In this document: positions 46,227 to 56,075 of the stretch, piece after piece
Layout of the letters: every line of letters starts with the position of its first letter
Numbering within the stretch: the stretch's first letter is position 1
Assembly (NCBI GenBank): GCA_043807425.1
Contig: JAZDFZ010000019.1
Span: 27,436 to 91,435, forward strand
Length of the DNA: 64,000 nucleotides
Source: Actinomycetota bacterium
Lineage (GTDB): Bacteria; Actinomycetota; Geothermincolia; Fen-727; Anoxymicrobiaceae
Reading direction: 5' to 3'
Translations under genes and position numbers: made by a program
The notes under the pieces: model-generated
What the model saw: only the letters and a program-made list of their open reading frames with translations
What the model was told of the DNA's origin: nothing
Database searches by the model: none

Positions 46227-49200
46227 TCAGCGGGTGCAGCCCTCGGCGAAGTGCCACTCGGCCAGGGGCGACGCCACTCCGCTGGAGGTGTGGCCGCCCG
46301 CCCAGCGGCCGTGGTAGTTGAAGTAGACCGGTCTCTCGGCCAGGAACTCGCCCGAAGACGACACCCTGATGCTGACGTCCTCACCAGCCCCCACGTCCAG
46401 GTTCACGTCCACCGTGCTCCGCGTGCCGGGCTGCACCGTCACCTCCCTGGACACTGTCCGCCCCGTGCCCGTGAAATAATCGACCGTGATCTGCGCGGGC
46501 TCCGCTCCGGGGTTCGCCAGGCAGAGCCAGGTGTTGAACCCGTCGCGGGTGCAGCCCTCGGCGAAGTACGTCTCGGTTCGCGGAGCCGCCGCTCCCATCG
46601 AGACGTCTCCCCCGTCCACTGCGCCCCGGAAGAGGAAGTAGAGGGGTCTTTCGGCGACTATGGGAACGTCGGAGCGCACGATGGTGGAGACGTCGCGATC
46701 GGGCCCCACCTCGGAGTTGACGTTGACGGTGCCGCGGCTCCCGGGCGCCAGGTCGTAGCTCCTGGACACCGGCTCGCCGGAGTCCAGCAGGTAGGTAACG
46801 TCCGCGCGCGCGGGTGTGTCACCCGGGTTCTGCAGGCACAGCCACTGCTCGAAGTACCCGTCGGTGGGGTTGGACCTCGTGGTCCCCTCGCCGAAGTACC
46901 AGGAGGTAGACGGCGCCTCGACCCCCAGGGAGTCGTGCCCGCCCCTCCAGCCGTGGTAATCGAAGTACATGGGCCGCTCGACTATCACCGGGATCCCCGA
47001 CTCCACCAGGGCCGAGACGTCCTGGCCCGGGCCCACGAAGGCGTTCACGTCGATGGTGGTCCTGCCCGCGGCGCGGGCGTCCACCTCCTGCACGCGCTGG
47101 GAGCCGTCGCCCAGCATGTAGGTGATCTTCAGGTGGGCATCCGCGTCACCGGGGTTCGATACCGTGAGCCACTCCTCGAACCCGTCCCGGGTGCATCCCT
47201 CCGCGAAGTACCAGGAAAGGGCGGGCCCGGCCGCCCCCACCGAGTCGTGCCCCCCGGCCATGCTCCCGTGGTAGTCGAAGTACATCGGCCTCTCCACCAC
47301 CAGCGGCCGGTCGCTCGACACGGTGGCGGAGACGTCCCGGCCGTATCCGACCTCGGAGTTCACGTCCACGGTGCGCCTCGAGTGCGCGGGCACCTCCACG
47401 TCCTTGAGTACCTCGTCACCGTCATCCATGAGGTAGCGGACGCTGGCCGTCGCGGGCGAGTCCCCCGCGTTCTGCAGGCACAGCCACTCGTTGAACTGCG
47501 GCTCTCCCCCGGGCTGCATGCCCCTCGCGCTCATGTACACCATGCCGAAGTTGGCGCTGTTGGTCGCCTCCTTGGTGGCGGTGTAGGACGGCGCATAGTA
47601 CTCGATGTCGGGGTTCGAGCCGGTCTTGAACGCCTCGGCGGCCCTGTCCAGCATCGCCGGGTCGCCCCCGTAGGCTACCGCGTAGGCCAGCGCATCCGCG
47701 GTCAGCAGGTGCCAGTTGCAGACGTTGACCTGCACCTCGTAGTCCTCCCAGCCCCACGGCGTCCCGTCGCGCATCCAGGCGTAGGGAACACCGCGGTTGC
47801 CGCGCTCGTCCACCTTCCACATGTAGCGGGTCTCCTGGTCGGCCATGGCCAGGAGCTGCTCGCGGGCGCCGCTCCCGTCGGTGCGCCCGATCTCGGCGCA
47901 CAGGTCGAGGTACCTTCCCAGCGACGCGGCGAGAAGGTCCCAGACGAACAGCTTGGTGAAGTGGCGGTCACCCGGTACCGGGGCGGTCAGGAACGGGTCC
48001 ACGGCCAGGTGGGAGTTCTGGATAATCCACTCGGCCGTGCCCAGGTAGCGCGCGTCCCCGGTGGCCCGGTACGCCTCGACCATCACCCACAGCCCGTGGG
48101 CGAACGGCCTGCCCGACTCGCAGTCGTTCTCGTAGTCGGGGGCGTTGGCGTAGCCTTCCCCGTTCCCCCGCCCGAAGGAGTTCTCGAACCTGTAGTGGAT
48201 GTTCTCGCTCACCTCGACGGCGGTCTGCCGCATGACCGGATCGCCGGTCATATTGTAGAGAAGGAACAGGCCCGGCGCCCCGAAGACCAGGTCCGGGTGC
48301 GGCATGCCGAAGTTGCGGTTGGGGTTCAGGTTGTTGTCCTCGTCGTGGTAGCAGTGCCCGAAGAAGCCTAGCTCCCACCAGTTGTCCGGGGTCCCGCTCG
48401 TATGTATGACGTCGAGGTCCGCGGTGTGACGGGCGCCCGCCACCGCCAGGTCGAGCCAGCGCGGGTCCCCGCCCCTGGCGAACTGCAGGGCCAGGCCCAG
48501 GGAGAAGTTGTACTTGTCGTTGAACGAGCCGGTTCCCCCGTCCTCGTAGTCGATGGGGACCTCGCCGTAGTCCTGCCACGAGTAGAAGTCGGTGTCCTCG
48601 ATCACCTTGAGAAGGTTGTTGTCCTGCCCGTCCAGGGTGGCGCGGTTCAACTGCTCGTACGCCGCGGCCTCCCCCTCACCGCTGACCGGGGCCACCCTTC
48701 CCAGGGCTCCGGTCGCCAGGTAGTACTCGGGGCTCGCGCAGGCGAACAGGGGCTCCTGGAATGCGAGCGCCCTGTCCCCCATCCCCGAGCTCCACGACGA
48801 GCCGAAGGAGTACAGCACCTCGTGTGTCTTCTGCTCTCCGGGCCTGAACGAGTAATCGCCGCCGTAACGGGCAGGGAACAGGGCGACCTCCAGCAGGCCG
48901 GCCGTGGCCTCCAGGGCCTTCGGGTAGTTCTGCCAGAAGCCGCGAACCGAGGCCGCGACGGCTCCGCCGGCGCCTCCGACTCCCATCCAGGGGCTCGGCC
49001 GGTCACCGCCGGCGACCTGCCCACCGTCCCGGTAGACTCGATACCCTCTGAAGGATACGTAGCTCTGGGGGCGCGGGTTGCTGCCGCGGTGCCTCGCCCA
49101 GGAGTCACCGCCGTTTGAGTCCTGGTAGATCTCCAGGGCACCCGATGACTGGAGCGCGTCCACACCGGAGCCGCCCAGGCGAGAAGGCCCTCCCGCGCCG

Positions 49201-50075
49201 GGGCCGTCCAGGACCAGGAACAGCTCGGAGAACGCCGCGCTGTTTGGGCACCCTATCTCGCAGCAGAGCGGCTGGCCCTCGGAGACCTGGGGGTCCCTGG
49301 GGTTACGGACAGTGAGCTGCACCTTCGCATCGGTTCTGTCCGCGAACAGCGATATCCTGGCGGTGCAATCGAGAAGCTCGCCCGTGGGGCCGTACAGCCC
49401 GCCCCGGACGCGGACCGTCTTGCGCATCGCCCCGTCGGTCTCCAGGGCCACCTCCTCCGGCGCCCCGGCCGCTGACAAGTACCTGCCCCCACCTGGTTCG
49501 ACCGCGACGACCCCGGAGTCGCTTCCGGCGGCCACGAGGGTCGATGACCCCACAGTCACGGTCTCGAACAGGCTGAACCTCTTCTTGCTGAAGGAGAAGC
49601 GCGCCGGACCAGTCGATATCGTGAGAATGTCGGAGTCGTTCCTGGTCACGGCCAGGCTGGTGCCGGGCGTGGCGGCCCCCCCGTCGACAAGGCGGTAGAC
49701 GGCCGAGCCCTGGGCGGCCACGTCGGCCTGGAAGTCCACGAGCACCCACTTGACCGGGAGCGCGGGGTCGTCGGGACCCCCTCCCCAACGGGCTGTGACC
49801 GTGAACTGGGCGGGCAGAACGCTCCCGTCCGGAGCGAGGAGCCTGAGCCTGTCCCCGCCCCGGACGTCGGCGGACCGGGACAGTGGCACGCCGACCGTCA
49901 CGGGCTCGGCGACCCGGGCCGTACCGGCCCTCTCTGTCACGGTGAGCGCGACATCCAGTCCCGCGCCGGACACGTCCGCGCCATGCACGAAAGCGCCCCC
50001 CGCGCCCAGGATGAAGATCGCGAGGACCGCGGCGGCAAGGAGCCGCTTGAATCTGGCACCACCCATCTGAACCAC
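46227..50075 (-). CDS. Large secreted protein, possibly YetA/exo-rhamnogalacturonan-lyase-like, with four C-terminal WYFAEG repeats
   Basis: Signal peptide; EPVTVGVPL..RW..VKWVLVDF, FWQNYPKALE, DYGEVP; 4 repeats. Confidence 0.75.
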   Translation of the reverse strand: MVQMGGARFKRLLAAAVLAIFILGAGGAFVHGADVSGAGLDVALTVTERAGTARVAEPVTVGVPLSRSADVRGGDRLRLLAPDGSVLPAQFTVTARWGGGPDDPALPVKWVLVDFQADVAAQGSAVYRLVDGGAATPGTSLAVTRNDSDILTISTGPARFSFSKKRFSLFETVTVGSSTLVAAGSDSGVVAVEPGGGRYLSAAGAPEEVALETDGAMRKTVRVRGGLYGPTGELLDCTARISLFADRTDAKVQLTVRNPRDPQVSEGQPLCCEIGCPNSAAFSELFLVLDGPGAGGPSRLGGSGVDALQSSGALEIYQDSNGGDSWARHRGSNPRPQSYVSFRGYRVYRDGGQVAGGDRPSPWMGVGGAGGAVAASVRGFWQNYPKALEATAGLLEVALFPARYGGDYSFRPGEQKTHEVLYSFGSSWSSGMGDRALAFQEPLFACASPEYYLATGALGRVAPVSGEGEAAAYEQLNRATLDGQDNNLLKVIEDTDFYSWQDYGEVPIDYEDGGTGSFNDKYNFSLGLALQFARGGDPRWLDLAVAGARHTADLDVIHTSGTPDNWWELGFFGHCYHDEDNNLNPNRNFGMPHPDLVFGAPGLFLLYNMTGDPVMRQTAVEVSENIHYRFENSFGRGNGEGYANAPDYENDCESGRPFAHGLWVMVEAYRATGDARYLGTAEWIIQNSHLAVDPFLTAPVPGDRHFTKLFVWDLLAASLGRYLDLCAEIGRTDGSGAREQLLAMADQETRYMWKVDERGNRGVPYAWMRDGTPWGWEDYEVQVNVCNWHLLTADALAYAVAYGGDPAMLDRAAEAFKTGSNPDIEYYAPSYTATKEATNSANFGMVYMSARGMQPGGEPQFNEWLCLQNAGDSPATASVRYLMDDGDEVLKDVEVPAHSRRTVDVNSEVGYGRDVSATVSSDRPLVVERPMYFDYHGSMAGGHDSVGAAGPALSWYFAEGCTRDGFEEWLTVSNPGDADAHLKITYMLGDGSQRVQEVDARAAGRTTIDVNAFVGPGQDVSALVESGIPVIVERPMYFDYHGWRGGHDSLGVEAPSTSWYFGEGTTRSNPTDGYFEQWLCLQNPGDTPARADVTYLLDSGEPVSRSYDLAPGSRGTVNVNSEVGPDRDVSTIVRSDVPIVAERPLYFLFRGAVDGGDVSMGAAAPRTETYFAEGCTRDGFNTWLCLANPGAEPAQITVDYFTGTGRTVSREVTVQPGTRSTVDVNLDVGAGEDVSIRVSSSGEFLAERPVYFNYHGRWAGGHTSSGVASPLAEWHFAEGCTR

Positions 50076-50110
50076 CCCGGAAAAGTAGCGAAGCCCGTCT
50101 TATACTCCGA

Positions 50111-50138
50111 GTATCGGCAGTAGTAAAGACGCTCGTTA
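50111..50138 (-). promoter_or_regulatory. Candidate sigma28/WhiG-type promoter TAAC-N16-GCCGATAC
   Basis: Ends 35 nt upstream of the large secreted repeat protein start. Confidence 0.5.
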
Positions 50139-50179
50139 AAGCGTTTTACTTACAGGCCTCAAACCGGAGTTCAGACGGA

Positions 50180-50374
50180 CTACCTGAAAACGCGCTTGAG
50201 GAATCCCTCTTTCTTCTTCTCCGAGGTCGCGCCCCGGATGAACATGCCGGGGTTTCTCTGGAACTCGTCCTTGCAGCGAAGAGAGCAGAAGTACAGCGTG
50301 TGCCCCTTGTAAGAGGCGGTAGTGGAAGCGTGCAGGGGATCGAGCTCCTTCCGGCATACCGGGTCTACTGGCAT
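50180..50374 (-). CDS. YHS domain protein
   Basis: DPVC...YKGHTLYFCSLRCKDEF..NP. Confidence 0.88.
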   Translation of the reverse strand: MPVDPVCRKELDPLHASTTASYKGHTLYFCSLRCKDEFQRNPGMFIRGATSEKKKEGFLKRVFR

Positions 50375-50425
50375 ACCAACTCCCCCTTCGGGTGGTGCCG
50401 CGTGAGTCACCAATACAATTATACG

Positions 50426-50530
50426 CTAATACGGTGCCAGGCACATCATCCTGAAAGTATTAGTCCCACAGCCATCTACGGTCACTGAGAACTAATACTT
50501 GGGAGCTAATGTGCCTGGCACCGGTATTAG
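50426..50530. mobile_element. Possible 105-bp MITE/REPIN-like element with nested inverted repeats
   Basis: Ends CTAATACGGTGCCAGGCACAT / ATGTGCCTGGCACCGGTATTAG; inner AAGTATTAGT / ACTAATACTT. Confidence 0.55.
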
Positions 50531-52914
50531 GTGTGCTTTTTTCTGGCGTGCTCGATCCATCCTGTCATACGCCAGATGAACTCGAGCGCCACAACCGCGG
50601 CGCCGGCGATCGCCAGCGTCTCCAGGCCCACCTGCCAGGGGGGCAGGTCGAGGGCGAAGAACTCGCGGGCGAAGGGAACCGCCAGAGCGAGCACCAGGCC
50701 GAGCGACATGGTGATCACCAAGAGAGCCTTCCACCAGTTCAACGGCCGCGCGAGCCTTCCCAGAACCCAGAGCCCGACGATGCAGAGGACCACGGTGGCG
50801 CACGTCCTCGACTCGTCCAGGTGGACCCAGGGATAGATATGAGTCAGGGCTCCGGCGGTGAAGGCGGCGGCGGCCGCGATCAGCCCCGCCGGGATGGTGA
50901 AGGCCAGGACGCGCTTGAGGAACCCGGGCCGGTAGCGCTCCTGGCTGGGGGCGAACGAGAGCACGAAACCGGGAACACCTATGGTGAGCGCGCTCACCAG
51001 CGTGAGCTGCCTCGGCAGGAGTATGAACGCCCAGCCCGCGAGCCCGATCCCGATGGACAGCAGTGTCGCGTACACCGTCTTGGTCAGAAACAGGTTCGCC
51101 ACACGCTCCATGTTAGCGATCACCCTCCGGCCCTCGGCGACCACGCCCGGTAGCGTCGCGAACCTCCCGTCCAGCAGCACCAGCTGCGCCACCCCGCGGG
51201 CGGCCGGGGACCCCGAGCCCATGGCGACACCGATGTCGGCTTTTTTAAGCGCCAGCACGTCGTTGACGCCGTCTCCCGTCATAGCCACGGTGTGCCCCTT
51301 CGACTGGAGGGCCTGCACCATGGCCTGCTTCTGATCCGGCTTGACCCGGCCGAATACGGTCCGGCCCTCCATCACCCGGGCCAGCTCCGAGGCGTCCTGC
51401 GGCAGCGTCCTCGCATCTACCGGTTCTCCCACGTCCGGGACGCCGGTTCGTCCGGCCACCGTCCCCACCGTGGCGGGGTTGTCACCCGAGATGACCTTGA
51501 TCCCGACGCCCTGCGTCGTGAAGTAGGAGAGGGTCTCGGCCGCGTCGGGGCGTATCTTTTCCTCGAAGAGCAGCAGCGCCCGCGGGTCCAGGTGCTCCGG
51601 AAGGGCCTCTCCGCTGAGCGGCATGTCGCTCTCGGCGAGCAGCAGCACGCGCCAACCCTCCTCCGCCAGGGCCGTGACATCCGCCTCGAGCCTGCTGTTC
51701 CCGATCCGCTCGAGGAGCACCTCCGGGGCCCCCAGGACCCAGGTGCCTTTTTCCCGGTAGCTCTGCGCGCTCCACTTCCGCTGCGATGAGAACGGCACCC
51801 TGGCGTCGACGACGTAGTCCGGCGGCGGGGGGAACGCTTCGGCGATAGCGGCCTGGGTGCTGCTGCTGGATGCCGGGTCGGCTCCGAACGCCCCCAGCAC
51901 CTCGGCGACACCCACTTCCCTGCCCACCGGCTCGAGGCGGTTGAAGACCAGCTCACCCTCGGTCAGCGTCCCGGTCTTGTCAAGGCAGATGACGTCGGTC
52001 TTTGCCAGGCCCTCGACGGCGGGAAGCTCCTGGACCAGGACGTTCCTGCGTCCCAGTACGATGACGCTGACGGCGAAAGCGATGCTGGTCAGAAGGACCA
52101 GGCCCTCGGGCACCATTCCCACCAGCCCGGCGACGGTGCCCGGCACCGAATCGGCGAAGGAGCCGTACGCCTTCAGCTGGGCTACCAGCAGGAGCAGTCC
52201 CGCCGGTATCATTATCCAGGTGATGGCGCGCAGTATGGTGTTTATGCCGTCACGCAGGTCGGACTGCGCCAGCTGGAACTTCTTGGCCTCGCTGGCGAGC
52301 CGCCGGGCGTAGGCGTCCGCCCCCACCGCCGTCGCCCTGAACCTCCCCAGGCCCGCGACCACGAAGCTCCCCGACATCACGACGGCTCCGGGCTCCTTGA
52401 CCACGGGGACGGATTCGCCCGTCAGCAACGATTCGTCGAGCTCCAGCGCGTCCGAGGTGAGGACCTCCCCGTCGGCGGCCAGCTGATCGCCTGTACCGAC
52501 CTCCACGACGTCGTCCAGTACGATGTCGCCCACGGGCACCTCCGAGACCGTCCCTTCCCGGACCACCCTGGACCGGGGGGCGCTCAGCAGGGTCAGCCGG
52601 TCCAGGGTCCACTTGGCCCTCACCTCCTGGACGATGCCCACCAGGGAGTTGACCACCAGCACCATGCCGAACAGGGCGTCTTTGGGCGAGCCGAAGACGA
52701 GGATCACCACCAGGAGCGCTCCAAGGATCGCGTTGAAGCGGGTGAAGACGTTGGCCCGGATTATGCTCGAGTACGAGCGGCTGGAGTGCTCCTTGACGGC
52801 GTTGGTCAGGCCGAGGCGGACCCTCTTTTCGACCTCCGCCGCGGAGAGCCCCTCCCCGGCCGACACGGTGGGCCTGGTCTCATCGATTCCCGGCGCTCCA
52901 GCCGTCGTGGCCAT
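50527..52914 (-). CDS. Cation-translocating P-type ATPase (CtpE-like)
   Basis: DESLLTGES, VPEGL, DKTGTLT, ISGD, MTGDGVND. Confidence 0.93.
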   Translation of the reverse strand: MATTAGAPGIDETRPTVSAGEGLSAAEVEKRVRLGLTNAVKEHSSRSYSSIIRANVFTRFNAILGALLVVILVFGSPKDALFGMVLVVNSLVGIVQEVRAKWTLDRLTLLSAPRSRVVREGTVSEVPVGDIVLDDVVEVGTGDQLAADGEVLTSDALELDESLLTGESVPVVKEPGAVVMSGSFVVAGLGRFRATAVGADAYARRLASEAKKFQLAQSDLRDGINTILRAITWIMIPAGLLLLVAQLKAYGSFADSVPGTVAGLVGMVPEGLVLLTSIAFAVSVIVLGRRNVLVQELPAVEGLAKTDVICLDKTGTLTEGELVFNRLEPVGREVGVAEVLGAFGADPASSSSTQAAIAEAFPPPPDYVVDARVPFSSQRKWSAQSYREKGTWVLGAPEVLLERIGNSRLEADVTALAEEGWRVLLLAESDMPLSGEALPEHLDPRALLLFEEKIRPDAAETLSYFTTQGVGIKVISGDNPATVGTVAGRTGVPDVGEPVDARTLPQDASELARVMEGRTVFGRVKPDQKQAMVQALQSKGHTVAMTGDGVNDVLALKKADIGVAMGSGSPAARGVAQLVLLDGRFATLPGVVAEGRRVIANMERVANLFLTKTVYATLLSIGIGLAGWAFILLPRQLTLVSALTIGVPGFVLSFAPSQERYRPGFLKRVLAFTIPAGLIAAAAAFTAGALTHIYPWVHLDESRTCATVVLCIVGLWVLGRLARPLNWWKALLVITMSLGLVLALAVPFAREFFALDLPPWQVGLETLAIAGAAVVALEFIWRMTGWIEHARKKHT

Positions 52915-53123
52915 GGGTCCTTTCGGTCAAGGTAAACGCTAAACCGTAGGCACGCAGAAGTGTATCAGACCTCTGAAATCGGACCGGAATCGAAGAATGG
53001 AAAAAAGTGGCCTCATGAGAGAGGTCTGAGTTTGTTTCTCACAATTCAAGACCTGACCCCGCTCGGGATATACTCGAGACGTAGCGCCGGCATCCTGCCG
53101 GCAATACCTCGTGAAGGAGGAGG

Positions 53124-53768
53124 ATGAAGCCCGCAACACGGCGTTTCGCCCGGATGAGCCCGCCACTCCTCCTGCTGGCGGTGCTCGTGCTCCTCCTCGC
53201 GTCGACAGGCTGCGGGCGGACGGGCACCGGCGGGGGTGCCTCGGTCCCTACCAGTGCCGCCGTGGAGGACCGGCCCGGCCTTTCCACCTCGGTGAGCTTC
53301 GAGTACTACGACGTGACCGGCCGCACGTCCACGGACCTCATCACCGCGATGGAGACCGAAGGCCCCGAGGGATATTGGGCCTACACCCACTGGTACGTGG
53401 ACTACGAGTACGCGGGTGAGAAGACGGCCGCCGGGTACCGGACCGGTCCGGTGGCTGTCGCGGCTGACGTTACCATCATCCTGCCCCGCTGGAACCCGCC
53501 CCCGGGCGCGTCTCCGGAGCTGGTCTCGAGGTGGGAAAGGATGGTTCGAGCCGTGAGGACCCACGAGGAGGGCCACCGCGACATCGGGTTCTCCACCGGG
53601 CAGAGGTTGCTCGACGCCCTGGAGGCCCTGCCTGCTTACTCCTCGAGAGAGGCCCTAGATCTCGCCGTGGGCGACACGGCCGCCTCCATCATCAGCGACG
53701 GGCAGGCGCGCGATGCCTCCTACGACGCGGAAACCGATCACGGGGAGTCGCAGGGTGCCACGCTCTGA
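53124..53768 (+). CDS. DUF922 family Zn-metalloprotease-like lipoprotein
   Basis: Lipobox-like ASTGC; YYDVTG, LPRW, HEEGH, YDAETDHG. Confidence 0.8.
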   Translation: MKPATRRFARMSPPLLLLAVLVLLLASTGCGRTGTGGGASVPTSAAVEDRPGLSTSVSFEYYDVTGRTSTDLITAMETEGPEGYWAYTHWYVDYEYAGEKTAAGYRTGPVAVAADVTIILPRWNPPPGASPELVSRWERMVRAVRTHEEGHRDIGFSTGQRLLDALEALPAYSSREALDLAVGDTAASIISDGQARDASYDAETDHGESQGATL

Positions 53769-53793
53769 GGGGGGCGGCCTTCGGGCCATCGAC

Positions 53794-54339
53794 GTGCCGG
53801 ACGCCATCAACCTGCTGCTGACAGGAAAGCCCGGTTCAGGCAAGACCACCGTCATCCGTTCGGTCCTGGCCTCGCGCGGGGACGCGGGTGGCTTCTTCAC
53901 GGGAGAGGTGAGGGAGACCGGGGTCAGGACCGGCTTCTCCATCACCACGCTGGACGGCCGCCGGGGTGTGCTGGCAAGGAAGGATCTTCGCTCCCCCGTG
54001 AAGGTAGGCCCCTACGGGGTCAACATCGAGGACGTGGAGGGTGTGGCTGCTTCAGCGCTCGAGGATGCCCTGGAGAACGGCTCGGTCAGGCTGCTGGTTG
54101 TAGACGAGATAGCCGCCATGGAGATCGCGAGCGAGCGCTTCCGCCGCGCGGTCATCCGGGCACTGGACGATCCACGCCCCGTGCTGGGCACCATCCAGAT
54201 ACGTTCCAACCAGTTCCTCGACCTGGTCAGGGACCGCGCCGACGTGGGTGTGCTCCACGTGACCTCGGCCAACCGCGACGCGATGCCGGGAGTGGTCGAG
54301 GAATGGCTCCGGAAGGCTGTCTCTGCCGAACCCGAATGA
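53794..54339 (+). CDS. Nucleoside-triphosphatase (THEP1/NTPase_1 family)
   Basis: LTGKPGSGKTT, GGFFTGEVRE.G.RTGF, VVDEIAAME. Confidence 0.88.
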   Translation: MPDAINLLLTGKPGSGKTTVIRSVLASRGDAGGFFTGEVRETGVRTGFSITTLDGRRGVLARKDLRSPVKVGPYGVNIEDVEGVAASALEDALENGSVRLLVVDEIAAMEIASERFRRAVIRALDDPRPVLGTIQIRSNQFLDLVRDRADVGVLHVTSANRDAMPGVVEEWLRKAVSAEPE

Positions 54340-54388
54340 TGTAGCATCCAGGGCAGGGTCCATTCCCGGTTACTCGGGGGTATGAAGA

Positions 54389-54733
54389 ATGGCGTTCCAT
54401 CTCCAGCGCGGCGAAGAGTGTATCGTTGACCACAATGTGCTGCTCGAAGGCGAGCAGGCGTTTGCGCAGGGAGACATCGTGGAGATAATCGAGGTGGACC
54501 CGGACCCTCTGGCCCCCGGACGCAAGTACCTCGTCTTCTCTCCGGCACTGAACAGACAGGTCCGGCTGGTGGGAGCCGTCCTGCGGCGCACCTTCTGTCC
54601 CGAGTGCAGAGATCCGCTTCAGTACCCTTCAAACCAGTGCGTTGCGTGCGGCTGGGACTCCGGGGAGAAGGAACCGGAGAGACCTCCCCCTCCGCGTGAG
54701 ACCGGAGGGCCCGACATCGACCTGATCCTGTGA
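54389..54733 (+). CDS. Hypothetical protein with C-terminal zinc ribbon
   Basis: FCPEC..CVACGW; fills the gap on the coding strand. Confidence 0.65.
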   Translation: MAFHLQRGEECIVDHNVLLEGEQAFAQGDIVEIIEVDPDPLAPGRKYLVFSPALNRQVRLVGAVLRRTFCPECRDPLQYPSNQCVACGWDSGEKEPERPPPPRETGGPDIDLIL

Positions 54734-54758
54734 CCGCTCGACTTGCGGCGGCAGCCGC

Positions 54759-55697
54759 TCAGCCACCCAACCCCATCAGCCTCGCGAACGCGTCACCCAT
54801 GATGATGCGCTTCTCCTCCTCGGTGAACGAGACCTCGGGGCATGACGAGAGGTCGGGGTCCATCACCGCGGCCACCCAGCGGTCCAGCGGGCAGACCACG
54901 TTCAGGTACGGTCCATCGGTGCCGAAGAACACCCTCCAGGGACCCACGTCGTCTATGATGCGCCGCAGCATCCGGTAGAAGTCGGCGGGGTGCTCGTTGA
55001 ACGTTATCTGCCAGGCCGAGAAATCGAAGTAGACGTTCGGCTTCATGCCCGCTACCAGCAGGGCCTCGGTCCACCATGCGCTCCCCACGTGGGCCATGAT
55101 CAGCGGCAGGTCCGGGAAGTCAGCGGCGACGTCGTCCACGTATTCGGGCCGGGCGAAGCGCGACTTCAGCGGAGCCGGCTGGCTCCCGGTGTGGAACAGC
55201 ACAGGGATGCCGTACTCCACGCACGCCTCGTACAGCGGGTAGCACTCCTCCTGGTGGGGGTAGTAGCCGGAACAGGGGTGGAGCTTGAGCCCCTTGAGCC
55301 CCCACTCCTCGATACCCCTGCGGAAGAGCTCGAGCGCGCCCGGCCTCCTCGGGTCGATGGTGAAGAACCCGATGAGCCGATCGGGGAAGCGCGTGGCGGC
55401 CTCGGAGACCTTGATGTTCTGCTCCTCCATGGAGACGCCCGGCTCCCCGGTGAGCAACCCGTAGTCAAGGGCGAAGACGCATGACATCTCCACGCCCGCG
55501 GCATCCATGTTCGCGACCAGCTTCTCCCCGGTGGTGTCGGCCAGCACCGGCAGCAGGTTCTCGACGACCGGAACGGGATCGGCCTTGTCGCCGGTCAGCT
55601 TGGTAGCCCCCGCGAGCACGACGCGCGCCATGCCGATGAAGAAATCGTCGTGGACCCATCCACGGTCCACCAGGTGGAAGTGAGAGTCGATCTTCAT
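54759..55697 (-). CDS. Amidohydrolase 2 family protein
   Basis: IDSHFH, GLKLHP, VLFHTG, IMAHVG, FGTDGP. Confidence 0.92.
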   Translation of the reverse strand: MKIDSHFHLVDRGWVHDDFFIGMARVVLAGATKLTGDKADPVPVVENLLPVLADTTGEKLVANMDAAGVEMSCVFALDYGLLTGEPGVSMEEQNIKVSEAATRFPDRLIGFFTIDPRRPGALELFRRGIEEWGLKGLKLHPCSGYYPHQEECYPLYEACVEYGIPVLFHTGSQPAPLKSRFARPEYVDDVAADFPDLPLIMAHVGSAWWTEALLVAGMKPNVYFDFSAWQITFNEHPADFYRMLRRIIDDVGPWRVFFGTDGPYLNVVCPLDRWVAAVMDPDLSSCPEVSFTEEEKRIIMGDAFARLMGLGG

Positions 55698-55838
55698 AGC
55701 GCCCCTCCCTTGTCCGGATGCCGCCCGCTTCGAGACCCATTCTATCCCCAATCCAGTTACATCTTGACCCTGCATGTAGGTCGACTAAGAGCAGGCCTAT
55801 CATGTGCATCCAAATATGGACGTCTATATGACTTGGCT

Positions 55839-56026
55839 GGGCCGGGGCTTCTCCTTACTTGATTGGGTCCGGGACTTCAGTCCCGGTAAGCGTGTTCAAT
55901 GGCGGACTGAAGTCCGCACCCAAGAATCGGAGAATGGGCCGGGACTTCTCCTTACTTGCTTGGGCCGGGACTTCAGTCCCGGTAAGCGTGTTCAATGGCG
56001 GACTGAAGTCCGCCCCCAAGAATCGG
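55839..56026. repeat. Tandem ~97-bp duplication of a family A REP doublet
   Basis: Two near-identical units of ..GGGACTTCAGTCCCGGTAAGCGTGTTCAATGGCGGACTGAAGTCCGC..CCAAGAATCGG. Confidence 0.92.
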
Positions 56027-56075
56027 TGGCTTGAAACGGGCTGGTATATGATGCCATTCGAGGAAAGGAGACATC

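Noticed and set aside
55859-56075. ORFs with repeated GTSVPVSVFNGGLKSAP peptides
   Set aside because: These are translations of the tandem REP unit, not a protein.
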